A stretch of DNA of 64,000 nucleotides from an uncultured Eubacteriales bacterium (GTDB lineage Bacteria; Bacillota; Clostridia; Tissierellales; Peptoniphilaceae): NCBI GenBank assembly GCA_902488815.1, contig CABTXP010000001.1:20765-84764 (forward strand), written 5' to 3'. Made by a program: the position numbers and the translations under genes. Of the stretch, positions 9,364-19,280 are shown piece by piece. How positions within the stretch are numbered: the stretch's first letter is position 1; every line of letters starts with the position of its first letter. The notes under the pieces are model-generated. The model saw nothing but the letters and a program-made list of their open reading frames with translations. It searched no databases and was not told the DNA's origin.

Positions 9364-9992
9364 TGTTTAAATTCCCCATAGTGTATGGACATATTGAGAG
9401 TGCGAAACTTGTGCTCATACTCCGTCACAATATTGTCAGGGTATTCACTTAGCTTCATGTTGAAGTCACTCTTTATTATTTCAAAGCCTTCATCTTCAAA
9501 ATATTTTAGAGAGTCTTCAAACAAATCTCTGTCGTCTGTCTTAAAGTAAATCTTACCCTCGGGCTGTAAAAGTTTTTTGTAAATTTTTAAAAGTCTGGGG
9601 TGAGTGAGCCTTCTCTTCTTATGCCTTTCCTTGGGCCAAGGGTTGCAAAAGTTAATGTATATTCCATTTATCTCCCCTTCCCCTACAATCTCCGCAATGT
9701 TGTCCACGTCATAGGGAATGCATCTCACGTTAGAAAGTTCTTCTTCTCTTATCTTGCGAGTGGCATAGACAAAGGCATTTGACTCTCTGTCAATTATTAT
9801 ATAGTTGGTGTTGGGGGTTCTTTTTGCAAGTTCTTTTATAAACTGTCCCTTCCCTGCACCTAATTCTAAATATATGTCGTTGTCGTTTTTAAATTCTTCA
9901 CTCCACTTGCCCTTTAAGTGCTCCGGATCAAAGATGACATAGGGATTCTCTCTCATCTCAGGGATCGCAAAGTGTTTTTTTCTAAGTCTCAT
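9360..9992 (-). CDS. trmB: tRNA (guanine-N7)-methyltransferase
   Basis: MRLRKK, LELGAGKGQF, NFCNPWPKERHKKRRLT, FKTDD, TEYE. Confidence 0.95.
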   Translation of the reverse strand: MRLRKKHFAIPEMRENPYVIFDPEHLKGKWSEEFKNDNDIYLELGAGKGQFIKELAKRTPNTNYIIIDRESNAFVYATRKIREEELSNVRCIPYDVDNIAEIVGEGEINGIYINFCNPWPKERHKKRRLTHPRLLKIYKKLLQPEGKIYFKTDDRDLFEDSLKYFEDEGFEIIKSDFNMKLSEYPDNIVTEYEHKFRTLNMSIHYGEFKH

Positions 9993-10522
9993 TCTTTCAA
10001 ATTATCCTTTAACTCAACAAGCTGTTCTTTTAAACTGTCATCCAAGGCGCCAATGTGATTTTTAGAATCACTTGTTATGTCCTTGCTCTTTCTTTCAATT
10101 TTATTTCTCTCGCTTTCCACTTCAGCGTAAAGTTCCATGGCGGAAATTCTGCTGCCGCCCCTTTGCAAAATAATTTGTTGCTCGATTTTGTCAGAGGTTG
10201 CGACACGCACTCTTCTCACTCTTCCGATTTTATCAAGTTCCTTTTCAATAAAGTGGTCCGCCGTTTCAAATTCCTTTGTAAAGACTACATATATGCCCCC
10301 GACTTTGTAGACCTTGCCGGGAGACTTCTTAACTCTGTAGGCGTCGTATACAAGTATTACCTCCTGGTCAGTGACGTGGGCGTACTCAATCATTAAATCA
10401 GTTAATTCAATCCGTGCCTTTTCCAAGTCCACTTTCATCGTGTCCTTAAAAATATCCCAAGAGTTTATTATGTTGTATCCGTCTACAAAAAGGTAGTCCC
10501 TGTCTTTTAAATACCTGAGCAT
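9989..10522 (-). CDS. yacP: NYN-domain ribonuclease (YacP/Rae1 family)
   Basis: VDGYNII, VYDAY, ETADHFIE, VATSD; typical position after rlmB. Confidence 0.9.
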   Translation of the reverse strand: MLRYLKDRDYLFVDGYNIINSWDIFKDTMKVDLEKARIELTDLMIEYAHVTDQEVILVYDAYRVKKSPGKVYKVGGIYVVFTKEFETADHFIEKELDKIGRVRRVRVATSDKIEQQIILQRGGSRISAMELYAEVESERNKIERKSKDITSDSKNHIGALDDSLKEQLVELKDNLKE

Positions 10523-11241
10523 TGTCTTTGTATTTCAAATATTACAATACTTGCAGCGCATGATGCGTTAAGAGAGTCGAAGGGGTTTGACATGGGAATC
10601 TTAACTGCGCCGTCACAGTTTTTAAGTATGGAGGGGGATATGCCCTTGCCTTCGTTACCTACTACTATTGCCACATTGCCCTTTAGGTCCGTGTTGTAAT
10701 ATTCATTGCCTTCCATGTCCAAACCGTAGATCCAGTATCCGGCGTCCTTCAGTTTTTTAATGGTGTTTGAAATATTTGTAACACGAGCCACCTTTATCTT
10801 GTCAACGGCACCTGCCGATGCCTTGTATGCTCCTTCATTTACCTGTGCCGCTCTGTGCTTCGGGATAATTATGCCGTCAAAGCCTGCGCCGTATGCGCTT
10901 CTTGCAATGGCTCCCAAGTTGTGAGAGTCTTGTACTTCGTCTAAGATTACAATTTGTCCCGGCTTGTTCTTTTCTTTGGCAAAGGCTATTATGTCTTCAA
11001 CTTCGGAATAGACAAAGTCATTTACCATTGCCACTACTCCCTGGTGGTTCTTGCCTTCCGCCATCTCGTCCAATTTTTTTCTGTCCACTTCGCCAATGGG
11101 AATTTTTTTCTCCCTTGCCATGGCGTAGATTTTATTAATGGAGCCTTCCATCTCCCTTGACTGAAGGTAGATCTTCTTAACTCTTCCTTCTTTTAACACT
11201 TCTATAACCGGGTTTCTGCCGTATATATATAAATCTTTCAT
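10507..11241 (-). CDS. rlmB: 23S rRNA Gm2251 methyltransferase
   Basis: YGRNPV, HQGVVA, DSHNLGAI, GNEGKG and SLNAS SPOUT motifs. Confidence 0.93.
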   Translation of the reverse strand: MKDLYIYGRNPVIEVLKEGRVKKIYLQSREMEGSINKIYAMAREKKIPIGEVDRKKLDEMAEGKNHQGVVAMVNDFVYSEVEDIIAFAKEKNKPGQIVILDEVQDSHNLGAIARSAYGAGFDGIIIPKHRAAQVNEGAYKASAGAVDKIKVARVTNISNTIKKLKDAGYWIYGLDMEGNEYYNTDLKGNVAIVVGNEGKGISPSILKNCDGAVKIPMSNPFDSLNASCAASIVIFEIQRQCSGI

Positions 11242-12005
11242 TACAAACTCCTGTAGTATTCTCTCACTTCATTTATTTTGCCGCAGGTCATTTTGCCTTC
11301 GGGACATGGTCCCGTTACACATGAAGGGCCTTGGTTTTTAAAGAGTATGGGGGAGATTTTTTTAAGCTCGATTAACATAAGTCGTGCCATTTCTCTTATC
11401 TCCCATTGAGCTCTGTTGCAGCATCTGAGTTTTAAAAAGTGGTGTAGGCTCCTTACGTTCATGGTAAAGACGATTTTCGTCTCACAGGCGTTTGGGAAGA
11501 CATATCTCGCGTCTTCAAGAGCTTCCTTCTCCACCATCTTCCTTGCCTCTTTTTCATCCTTACCCGCCACAACAAGTGGCTTTATTTTTTCGGCGACTAA
11601 AACTTCCACAAGTTCTTCATAGGCTTTCTTGTCATTTTCCATTGCCTTATAAAAAATTTCCCTAGCTTTTTCATTTTCTTCTATTGCGGGAGGTACTACA
11701 TATTTAAAGTCCGTTAAGTTTACATATCGCTGTGACTGTTGTGAGTAGCTTGCAATTCTGTGGCGCACCAATTGATGTGAAAGGGCCCTTGATATTCCTT
11801 CCACTGCAAAGGTAAAGCTTGCGTGTTCCAATGGAGAGTCGTGAGAGAGTCCCATTAACATGTTTAAAAATCTCTCCACGTCTTCCGGGCTCATCTTTTC
11901 TCTGATTTCTTCCACGCCCACCTTTGAATAACAAAGCTTGGCACTTTGAGCTATAACCTCTTCAGGATTTTGTGTATGAGAAATTATTTCAACCTTCATA
12001 TTCAC
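11241..12005 (-). CDS. thyX: FAD-dependent thymidylate synthase
   Basis: HDSPLEH and the [17 protein letters not shown] signature. Confidence 0.96.
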   Translation of the reverse strand: MNMKVEIISHTQNPEEVIAQSAKLCYSKVGVEEIREKMSPEDVERFLNMLMGLSHDSPLEHASFTFAVEGISRALSHQLVRHRIASYSQQSQRYVNLTDFKYVVPPAIEENEKAREIFYKAMENDKKAYEELVEVLVAEKIKPLVVAGKDEKEARKMVEKEALEDARYVFPNACETKIVFTMNVRSLHHFLKLRCCNRAQWEIREMARLMLIELKKISPILFKNQGPSCVTGPCPEGKMTCGKINEVREYYRSL

Positions 12006-12405
12006 TCCTTATTATTTCAAAAAGTTCAAAAAGCCTTTCGTCTTCTCTCTTTAAATACAAGTAGCCTACAAGTGCCTCAAAGCCCGTGGCAATTCTGTAA
12101 ATATTTACGTCGGTGTTTTTGGGCACCGTGTGAGGCTTTTGGTTTCTCCCTCTTTTAAAAATATGCTCTTCCTCTTCAGTCAACACTTCACTTATGAGTT
12201 CATAGGCGGTTTTTTGTCCCCTTGCACTTACAATCTTTGAAGTCATTCTGTGCAAGGTCTTGGGGTTTAGCTTCATCTTTGTAACCAAAATTCGAGCAAA
12301 GACTTCGTAGACCGCATCGCCGACAAAGGCAAGTGCCAAGGGACTTAAAAGTTCCGGCCTTTCTATGTCAAAATATTCTCTGAAAAGATCTAAATTTTTC
12401 TCCAA
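11989..12405 (-). CDS. mrnC: Mini-ribonuclease III
   Basis: [32 protein letters not shown]. Confidence 0.93.
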   Translation of the reverse strand: MEKNLDLFREYFDIERPELLSPLALAFVGDAVYEVFARILVTKMKLNPKTLHRMTSKIVSARGQKTAYELISEVLTEEEEHIFKRGRNQKPHTVPKNTDVNIYRIATGFEALVGYLYLKREDERLFELFEIIRSEYEG

Positions 12406-13787
12406 GTTGTGCCGCCTCTTTGGTCCTTTATTTCAATGCCCATTTCAAGTAATTGGTCTCTAATTTTATCTGCCGTGGCAAAATCTTTTTCCTTGCGAGC
12501 GACCTTTCTCTTTTCGATTAAATCCAAAACTTCGTCTTCCAAACTTTCTCTCTCCTTGTGCAAAAGTCCCAAGACATTTGAAAGAGTGAGGAGTAAATCC
12601 AAGGCTCTCTTCACAAGTTCTTTGGAAGATTTTTCGTCTATGTCCACATTTATTTCTTTAACCAAGTTAAAAATTGCAGTTAAACCGTCGGCAGTATTAA
12701 GGTCATCGTCCATTGCCTTTACAAATTCTTCTTCCACTTCTTCAATTTGTTGCCAAAGAATTTCTTCTTCCTTTGACATTTCTCTGTCCTCAGCAGTTTT
12801 TAAAAGGTCTTCCAACTTGTACTTTGCGTTGTAAATTCTGTCCAAGGAATTTTTGCAAGCGTCCATTACTTCCTTTGTAAAATTAAGAGGACTTCTGTAG
12901 TGAGAAGTTAAGAGGAAGTATCTCAACACTTCCAAGTCGTATAGCTTTGAAATATCTCTAACTGTAAAGAAGTTGCCTAAGGACTTACTCATCTTTTCGT
13001 TGTTTACGTTGATCATTGAGTTGTGAAGCCAGTATCTTGCAAAAGTTTTGTCCGTCAAAGTTTCGGACTGTGCAATTTCGTTTTCGTGGTGCGGGAATTG
13101 TAAGTCTTCTCCGCCGGCGTGAATGTCAATTGTGTCTCCAAGTATAGTCTTTGCCATTACGGAGCATTCAATGTGCCAGCCCGGTCTTCCCTCTCCCCAA
13201 GGCGCCTTCCAGTATGGCTCTCCCTCTTTTTTATTTTTCCAAAGGGCGAAGTCTAACGGGTTCTTCTTAAGTTCCGACACATCCACTCTTGCCCCTGCAA
13301 GTAAGTCGTCGATTTTCTTTTTGGAAAGCTTGCCGTAGTCCTTTGCCGCTTCTATATTAAAGTACACGTCCCCTTCTGAGACATAGGCGGCATTCTTGTC
13401 AATAAGACCTTGGACAAAGTCTATAATTTCACCAATGTGTTCCGTGGCGCGTGGGTGAATTGTCTCATAGTCGTAGAAGTTTAAGCCTCCCACGTCCTCT
13501 TTAAATTCCTTAATATATTTATCCGCCACATCAGCCACAGTTGTGCCTTCTTCATTGGCTCTGTTTATAAGCTTGTCGTCAATGTCCGTAAAGTTTACGA
13601 CAAATTTTACTTTGTAGCCCTTGTATATAAAGTATCTTCTCAATGTGTCAAAGACTACAATAGGTCTTGCATTGCCTACGTGAATGTAGTTATAAACCGT
13701 GGGGCCGCAGCAATACATTGTGACTTCATTTGCTTTAATAGGTACAAATTCTTCTTTTTTTCGCGTAAGTGTATTGTAAAGTTTCAT
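12390..13787 (-). CDS. cysS: Cysteine--tRNA ligase
   Basis: CGPTVY, HVGNAR, GRPGWHIECS, KMSKS. Confidence 0.98.
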   Translation of the reverse strand: MKLYNTLTRKKEEFVPIKANEVTMYCCGPTVYNYIHVGNARPIVVFDTLRRYFIYKGYKVKFVVNFTDIDDKLINRANEEGTTVADVADKYIKEFKEDVGGLNFYDYETIHPRATEHIGEIIDFVQGLIDKNAAYVSEGDVYFNIEAAKDYGKLSKKKIDDLLAGARVDVSELKKNPLDFALWKNKKEGEPYWKAPWGEGRPGWHIECSVMAKTILGDTIDIHAGGEDLQFPHHENEIAQSETLTDKTFARYWLHNSMINVNNEKMSKSLGNFFTVRDISKLYDLEVLRYFLLTSHYRSPLNFTKEVMDACKNSLDRIYNAKYKLEDLLKTAEDREMSKEEEILWQQIEEVEEEFVKAMDDDLNTADGLTAIFNLVKEINVDIDEKSSKELVKRALDLLLTLSNVLGLLHKERESLEDEVLDLIEKRKVARKEKDFATADKIRDQLLEMGIEIKDQRGGTTWRKI

Positions 13788-14302
13788 TATTCCTCCCTCA
13801 GTGTAAATTTTCCCACACTGTTAAAAAATTTTTTATAGTAATCCAATTTAATAAACTTGCCTTCATCTATGAGTTTAAAAATTTCATTGACACTTGCTAT
13901 TTTAACATCCTGTACTTCTTCTTTTTGTATGACAATGTCTTCTATGTTTACAATTTTGTCGCAAAGGTATATGTAAAAGATGCCTCCGCACTCGGTGATA
14001 ATCCGTTTAAGTTTTAGCTCCGAAGGCAAAATGTCAAGAGACAACTCTTCTTCTATCTCTCTTACAATGCCTTCAAGCGGCGTCTCGCCTGCGTGGACAC
14101 TTCCACCTGCGGAACAGTACCAAAGGTCGGGGAAAGTCTTCTTGTTCTTCGCCCTCTTTTGAATAATGTATTTGTCCTCTGCCACTCTTATCCATGACTC
14201 CACTATTATATGATATTCTCCGGGACCTAATATTTGTCCTCTCTTTATCGTCTTATTCTTTTTCTTTCCGCTCTTGTCATAAACGTCCCAATACTCAGCC
14301 AT
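13787..14302 (-). CDS. NUDIX hydrolase (IPP-isomerase-like)
   Basis: MAEYWDVYD start and Nudix box GGSVHAGETPLEGIVREIEEEL. Start moved to the ATG at 14302. Confidence 0.85.
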   Translation of the reverse strand: MAEYWDVYDKSGKKKNKTIKRGQILGPGEYHIIVESWIRVAEDKYIIQKRAKNKKTFPDLWYCSAGGSVHAGETPLEGIVREIEEELSLDILPSELKLKRIITECGGIFYIYLCDKIVNIEDIVIQKEEVQDVKIASVNEIFKLIDEGKFIKLDYYKKFFNSVGKFTLREE

Positions 14303-14398
14303 ATTATCACCGATATCATTATAACACAGCAAGGACTATGAATTATTAGAAATAATATAAGATTGATGGTAGAATAGTTAATTAAAGTAGGTGACGAA

Positions 14399-15400
14399 AT
14401 GATAGAAGTAAAAAATCTCACAAAAATATTTTCAATAGACGGCAAGGAGTTTAAAGCTGTAGACGACGTGAGCTTTAAAGTAAATGCCGGAGAGATATAC
14501 GGCATCATAGGTCTCTCCGGTGCGGGCAAGTCCACAGTGGTACGCTGCATCAACAGACTTGAAGAGCCGGACGGAGGAGATATATTGGTAGACGGCCAAA
14601 GTATTCTTGCTCTGCCTCACAATGAACTGTTAAAAGAGAGAAAAGAAATCGGCATGATCTTTCAAGCCTTTAACCTCTTTAGTCAAAAGACAGTTTATGA
14701 AAATATCGCCTTTCCATTAAAAATTTCAGACTACGGCAAAGAAGAAATAGATAAAAGAGTTGAAGAGCTTTTAAGTTTTATAGATTTAAAACACAAAAAG
14801 AACGCATACCCCTCGGAGCTCTCCGGAGGACAAAAACAACGTGTAGCAATAGCAAGAGCTATTGCCACCTCGCCTAAGATTCTTCTTTCAGACGAAGGTA
14901 CATCCGCTCTTGACCCGGCAAACACAAAGAGTATATTGGAACTTCTAAGGAACGTCGTAAAAAAATACAACACCACAATAATTATGATCACTCACCAAAT
15001 GGAAGTGGCAAAAGAAATTTGCGACCGCATTGCCGTAATGGAAAACGGAAGAATTGTAGAAGAAAATACAGTTGAAGAACTCTTTAAAAATCCAAAGACC
15101 AATCTTACAAAGTCCTTTGTCCATTCAGTAAAGGGCAAAGAAACCGAAGTCATTGACAGACAAAGATTTACAGGACAAATTGTAAGACTGTCCTATGGAG
15201 ATACGGACTACTGTTCACCTATACTGTCCGACGCCATCAAAAAATTTGACGTGGATGTAAATATACTAACAGGAAATATAAACAACCTTTCCGACAAAAG
15301 TGTGGGCTATTTAATAGTAGAGTTTAAGGGAAGAGATGAAGAGATTTTAAAGGCAATATCTTTTCTGAAGAGTAAAAACGTAAACTGTGAGGTGCTTTAA
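14399..15400 (+). CDS. metN: Methionine ABC transporter ATPase
   Basis: GLSGAGKST, LSGGQKQR, DEGTSALDP and a C-terminal NIL domain. Confidence 0.92.
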   Translation: MIEVKNLTKIFSIDGKEFKAVDDVSFKVNAGEIYGIIGLSGAGKSTVVRCINRLEEPDGGDILVDGQSILALPHNELLKERKEIGMIFQAFNLFSQKTVYENIAFPLKISDYGKEEIDKRVEELLSFIDLKHKKNAYPSELSGGQKQRVAIARAIATSPKILLSDEGTSALDPANTKSILELLRNVVKKYNTTIIMITHQMEVAKEICDRIAVMENGRIVEENTVEELFKNPKTNLTKSFVHSVKGKETEVIDRQRFTGQIVRLSYGDTDYCSPILSDAIKKFDVDVNILTGNINNLSDKSVGYLIVEFKGRDEEILKAISFLKSKNVNCEVL

Positions 15401-16050
15401 TGGAAAATATATTTAAAATAGTAGGCCCCGCCATACCTCAAACAATTTACATGGTGCTTTTCTCATCAATTATAGCTGTAGTCTTCGGAATGCTTTTGGG
15501 AATAATTTTAACTCTCACACGTCCAGGAGGCCTGAGAGAAATAAAAAGTCTATATAGTTTTTTAGACTTTGTAGTAAACATAATGAGATCACTGCCCTTT
15601 ATTATCTTAATGATTGTAGTGCTTCCCCTTACAAAAGTAATTGTCGGCAAGGGCTACGGCACAAACGCCTCAATAGTACCCCTTTCAATCTCCGCAATAC
15701 CTTTTGTGGCAAGAATTATCGAAGGGTACTTAATCCAAGTTGACAAGGGCATAATAGATGCGGCAAAGAGTATGGGAGCCACAACTTCTCAGATTGTATT
15801 CAAAGTTTTAATACCTGAATCAATGCCTGCTATTGTAAACGGTATAACTTTGACTATAATAAATATAATCGGTTATTCGGCAATGGCGGGAGCAATAGGC
15901 GGCGGCGGCCTTGGGGATGTAGCTCTTCGATATGGATACCAAAGAGGACAAACCGATGTATTGTTTGTAACAGTCGTAGTAATAATAATATTTGTACAAC
16001 TGATACAATTTGTTGGAAACAGTATCTCCAACAATATTAATAAAAAATAG
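15400..16050 (+). CDS. metI: Methionine ABC transporter permease
   Basis: RSLPFIIL, YSAMAGAIGGGGLG. Confidence 0.93.
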   Translation: MENIFKIVGPAIPQTIYMVLFSSIIAVVFGMLLGIILTLTRPGGLREIKSLYSFLDFVVNIMRSLPFIILMIVVLPLTKVIVGKGYGTNASIVPLSISAIPFVARIIEGYLIQVDKGIIDAAKSMGATTSQIVFKVLIPESMPAIVNGITLTIINIIGYSAMAGAIGGGGLGDVALRYGYQRGQTDVLFVTVVVIIIFVQLIQFVGNSISNNINKK

Positions 16051-16058
16051 GAGGAAAT

Positions 16059-16895
16059 ATGAAAAAGAAATTATTTGCAATAGTCTTAGGACTTGTACTG
16101 ATTTTAACTGCCTGTGGCAGCAACAAAGACGATCAAAAAGCGGAAGCACCTGCTGAAAATGCACCTGCTGAATCAAATGAAATTGTAATCGGCGTATCAC
16201 CGGTGCCCCACGAAGAAATTATTGAAAACTTAAAGGACGACTTTAAAGAAGCCGGCCTTGATGTAAAGGTAGTAGTATTTGACGACTATATTCAACCTAA
16301 CATTCAAACAAACGAAGGCGACTTGGACGCAAACTTCTACCAACATAAGCCTTACTTAGATGCATTTAATAAAGAACAAGGCACAGACCTTGTAAGTATA
16401 GGTGGAGTTCATATTGAACCCCTTGGCGTATACTCAGACAAAATAAGCGACTTAAACGACCTGCCTGAAGGCGCAACAATTATTATTCCAAACGACACAT
16501 CAAACGGAGCAAGAGCTCTACTTATTTTGGAAAAGAACGGCGTAATAAAACTTAAAGACTCAACAGATGTCAATGCAACAGAACAAGACATAGTTGAAAA
16601 TCCCAAGAACATTAAATTCGTTCCAATGGAAGCAGCTAGTATAGCAGGAGTATATAAAGATGCAGATGCCGCAGTAATCAACTCCAACTATGCACTTGGC
16701 GCAGGCTTAAATCCGGGCACAGATTCAATTGCGATTGAAGATGCGGTAGACAACCCCTATGCAAACATAGTTGTTGTTAAAAACGGCAGAGAAGGGGAAG
16801 AAAAATTCAAGAAATTTATGGAAGTTCTTCAATCAGAAAAAACTAAGAAGTTTATCGAAGAAAAATACGAAGGCGCAATAATCCCCGCGTTTTAA
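16059..16895 (+). CDS. metQ: MetQ/NlpA substrate-binding lipoprotein
   Basis: Lipobox LTAC, PVPH, DYIQPN, NFYQHKPYL, PNDTSNGARAL. Confidence 0.93.
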   Translation: MKKKLFAIVLGLVLILTACGSNKDDQKAEAPAENAPAESNEIVIGVSPVPHEEIIENLKDDFKEAGLDVKVVVFDDYIQPNIQTNEGDLDANFYQHKPYLDAFNKEQGTDLVSIGGVHIEPLGVYSDKISDLNDLPEGATIIIPNDTSNGARALLILEKNGVIKLKDSTDVNATEQDIVENPKNIKFVPMEAASIAGVYKDADAAVINSNYALGAGLNPGTDSIAIEDAVDNPYANIVVVKNGREGEEKFKKFMEVLQSEKTKKFIEEKYEGAIIPAF

Positions 16896-16907
16896 TGATT
16901 AATACTT

Positions 16908-16935
16908 AAAGCACTCTAAGGAGTGCTTTTTTTAT
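16908..16935 (+). terminator. Intrinsic terminator after metQ
   Basis: AAAGCACTC-TAAG-GAGTGCTTT followed by a T run. Confidence 0.8.
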
Positions 16936-16946
16936 TGGGTGAGGTG

Positions 16947-17013
16947 GGGGACATTCGCACTTCCGATTGGGGACATTCGTGGAATGAGTGAAACGAATGA
17001 AACGTGTGTCCCC
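16947..17013 (+). repeat. REP-like palindrome cluster A (one half unit plus one full unit)
   Basis: GGGGACATTCG at 16947; full unit GGGGACATTCG...CGTGTGTCCCC at 16969-17013. Confidence 0.85.
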
Positions 17014-17023
17014 TATTAACAAA

Positions 17024-17040
17024 TGTAACCTTATTGTAAT
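17024..17040 (+). promoter_or_regulatory. WalR-type direct repeat
   Basis: TGTAAC-N5-TGTAAT directly before a candidate -35 (TTGTAT). Confidence 0.5.
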
Positions 17041-17086
17041 TTGTATTATAAAAAATACTTTGATAACCTATTACTTGAGGTGAATT

Positions 17087-18460
17087 ATGAAAAAAATATT
17101 AACAGCAATGGTACTTTCATTGCTCTTGGTCTTAGGTGCATGCAGTCCCGCATCCCTTTCATACTTGGACCAAGTATCAAAGACATCAAAGTGGACAAAC
17201 TATACCCAAGAAGGTAATGTAACGGTAAAAATCGAAACCAAGGACGATGATGGCAAAGATTTAAATATTACAATCCCTGCAGAATTTAAATCAACAGCTG
17301 AAGGCGTAAAAGGCAAAGTCGACGTTAAATACGACTTAAAGTCCTTAAAAGAAAGTTTGCAAAGTGTAATAGAAAATCCGGAATCAAACTTAGACCTTCC
17401 TGATGAACTGAAACTCACAGTGTTTGCAAACGGAACAAAAATCGCAGTTAAAAAATCAGATATATTACAACTTGGCGACGATATTGTTCCAAATGAAATT
17501 AAAAATATAAAAGAAGAGTACATCGGATTTGATTCAACAGGTCAAGAAGACATGGATCAAAAGAAGTTGGAAGAATACGTTAAGTCTGAAGAGTTTAAAG
17601 CGGACATGCTTAAACTGATTAAAGACGGTTTAGACGGATTTAAAGCTTCAAAGGAAATGACAGTTGAAAAGAACACCTACACCTACGAAGCAACATTGGA
17701 AGACGCATTGGACGACTTTGAAGATGCAGTTGAAACACTTGCAAAAAATCGCGACAAAGTAGCAACTACAGTTGCGGACATGGCAGCAAAAATGGGCTAC
17801 AAAGATGTAACTGCTGATAAAGTTAAGACAGAACTTGCAAAGATAAAATCAGACGATTTAGACGACGCTTTCGATTCAGATGATGAACTTAAAGATTCAA
17901 AAGTAAAATTCTCCACAACATTTGGCGAAAATACAATGGACCAAACTTTCAACATTAAATTTAAAATTAAAGACTTAGGCACAGTTTCAGTTGAAGCAAC
18001 AACAAAGACAGTTAAGGATGACAAGGCAAAAGTAAGCTATCCTACAAGTGTAAAATACTACACACAAGAAGATTTGATGAAGTCAGTTGCACCGAATCAA
18101 GGACCTATGTTTATCGTATCATTGAAAGACGACATCGTAGAATTTGAAGACGTACAACCTATTATAAAAGACAGCAGAACCTTGGTACCATTTAGAGCCA
18201 TCTTGGAAAAAGCCGGCGCAAAAGTTGATTGGAATCAAGAAGACAAAAAAGTCACAGCTGAATTGGACGGCAAAAAAATTGAAATGACCATCGGCCAAAA
18301 GAAAATCATGGTGGACGGCAAAGAAGTTGAACTTGATGTAGCACCCATGATTAAAGAAGGCAGAACATTAATCCCTCTAAGAGGAATGTTTGAAAACTTA
18401 GGATTTGAAGTTGAATACGAAAAAGTTGGCCAAATCCACTCAATAGAAATTGAAAAATAA
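17087..18460 (+). CDS. Surface lipoprotein with C-terminal copper-amine-oxidase N-terminal (stalk) domain
   Basis: Lipobox LGAC; PIIKDSRTLVPFRAILE and APMIKEGRTLIPLRGMFE motifs. Confidence 0.85.
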   Translation: MKKILTAMVLSLLLVLGACSPASLSYLDQVSKTSKWTNYTQEGNVTVKIETKDDDGKDLNITIPAEFKSTAEGVKGKVDVKYDLKSLKESLQSVIENPESNLDLPDELKLTVFANGTKIAVKKSDILQLGDDIVPNEIKNIKEEYIGFDSTGQEDMDQKKLEEYVKSEEFKADMLKLIKDGLDGFKASKEMTVEKNTYTYEATLEDALDDFEDAVETLAKNRDKVATTVADMAAKMGYKDVTADKVKTELAKIKSDDLDDAFDSDDELKDSKVKFSTTFGENTMDQTFNIKFKIKDLGTVSVEATTKTVKDDKAKVSYPTSVKYYTQEDLMKSVAPNQGPMFIVSLKDDIVEFEDVQPIIKDSRTLVPFRAILEKAGAKVDWNQEDKKVTAELDGKKIEMTIGQKKIMVDGKEVELDVAPMIKEGRTLIPLRGMFENLGFEVEYEKVGQIHSIEIEK

Positions 18461-18478
18461 AAAATAGCAAAACAATAT

Positions 18479-18871
18479 GGGGACATTCGCAAGTTAGCGT
18501 AGCGTAACGTGCGTGCGTCCCTTTTTTGTATATCGGGGACATTCGCCAGGCTTTAGCCGTGCGTGTGTCCCATTTGTTGTGTATTGGGGACATTTACCTT
18601 CCTTCGTCGGGTATGCAGCCGCTACGCTGTGTCCCCTGAATGAAAAACTTAAAACAAAAAACCGACTTGATTAACAACTTAAAACAAAATAATTTTGGCG
18701 TTAATTCAGCCGGTTATCTGTCAGAGATGATTTTAAGGGGACACACCCTCGCCTATGGCGGAGAATGTACCCAATGAAATTTTGTCGTTAATTCAGTTGG
18801 CTATCTGTCAGAGATAGTTTTAAGGGGACACACGTTACAATCTGCTTCCGCAGATTTTCACGAATGTCCCC
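18479..18871. repeat. REP-like palindrome cluster B (3 forward + 2 reverse units)
   Basis: Forward units at 18479-18521, 18535-18571 and 18586-18636. Reverse units at 18737-18772 and 18824-18871. Confidence 0.9.
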
Positions 18872-18885
18872 AATTATCATCTTTC

Positions 18886-19104
18886 TTATTTATCTTTTTT
18901 ACCCGAACCTAAACCGAAGGCCACGGCAAAGCAAAGGCCGATAGCTATTCCGTATACCATATTGTCAAATACTATTCCGAAGGCCACACTGAATAGGATA
19001 CCTATGGCTATGGCATATCCCTGATTGGATCCTTTTTTCTTCTCTTCTTCAGACTTAACTTCGTCTGAATTTTTTTCGTCTTCAACCTTTTCTTTTTCGT
19101 CCAT
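18886..19104 (-). CDS. Small membrane protein (glycine-zipper-like hairpin)
   Basis: AAGGAG RBS, charged N-terminus and two GIAIG-type TM helices. Confidence 0.75.
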   Translation of the reverse strand: MDEKEKVEDEKNSDEVKSEEEKKKGSNQGYAIAIGILFSVAFGIVFDNMVYGIAIGLCFAVAFGLGSGKKDK

Positions 19105-19106
19105 TT

Positions 19107-19277
19107 TTATCTCCTTAGAAAAAATATCGTCACTCCAATATAGACTAAGTATAAAAAATAAGTAACAGCGTTGCTCCAGGGAAAACTCATTTCCGGATGA
19201 TTGAGAGCAAAGACGAAAAATATTATTCCGCCTATAGCCATAATTATTCCGATAATTTTTGAAATATATTTTCTCAT
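19107..19277 (-). CDS. Small 56-aa two-TM membrane protein
   Basis: Manual translation MRKYISKIIGIIMAIGGIIFFVFALNHPEMSFPWSNAVTYFLYLVYIGVTIFFLRR. It fills the gap between the dac gene and the 72-aa ORF. Confidence 0.7.
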   Translation of the reverse strand: MRKYISKIIGIIMAIGGIIFFVFALNHPEMSFPWSNAVTYFLYLVYIGVTIFFLRR

Positions 19278-19280
19278 AAC

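Noticed and set aside
16908..16930. Second CIRCE element (AGCACTC...GAGTGCT)
   Set aside because: The spacer is 4 bp rather than 9, and it follows a stop codon with a T tail, so it is a terminator.
18479..18871. CRISPR array or tandem guide-RNA array interpretation of the palindrome clusters
   Set aside because: Unit lengths and spacings are irregular, orientation flips mid-cluster, the variable parts are self-complementary, and no cas or effector gene is nearby.
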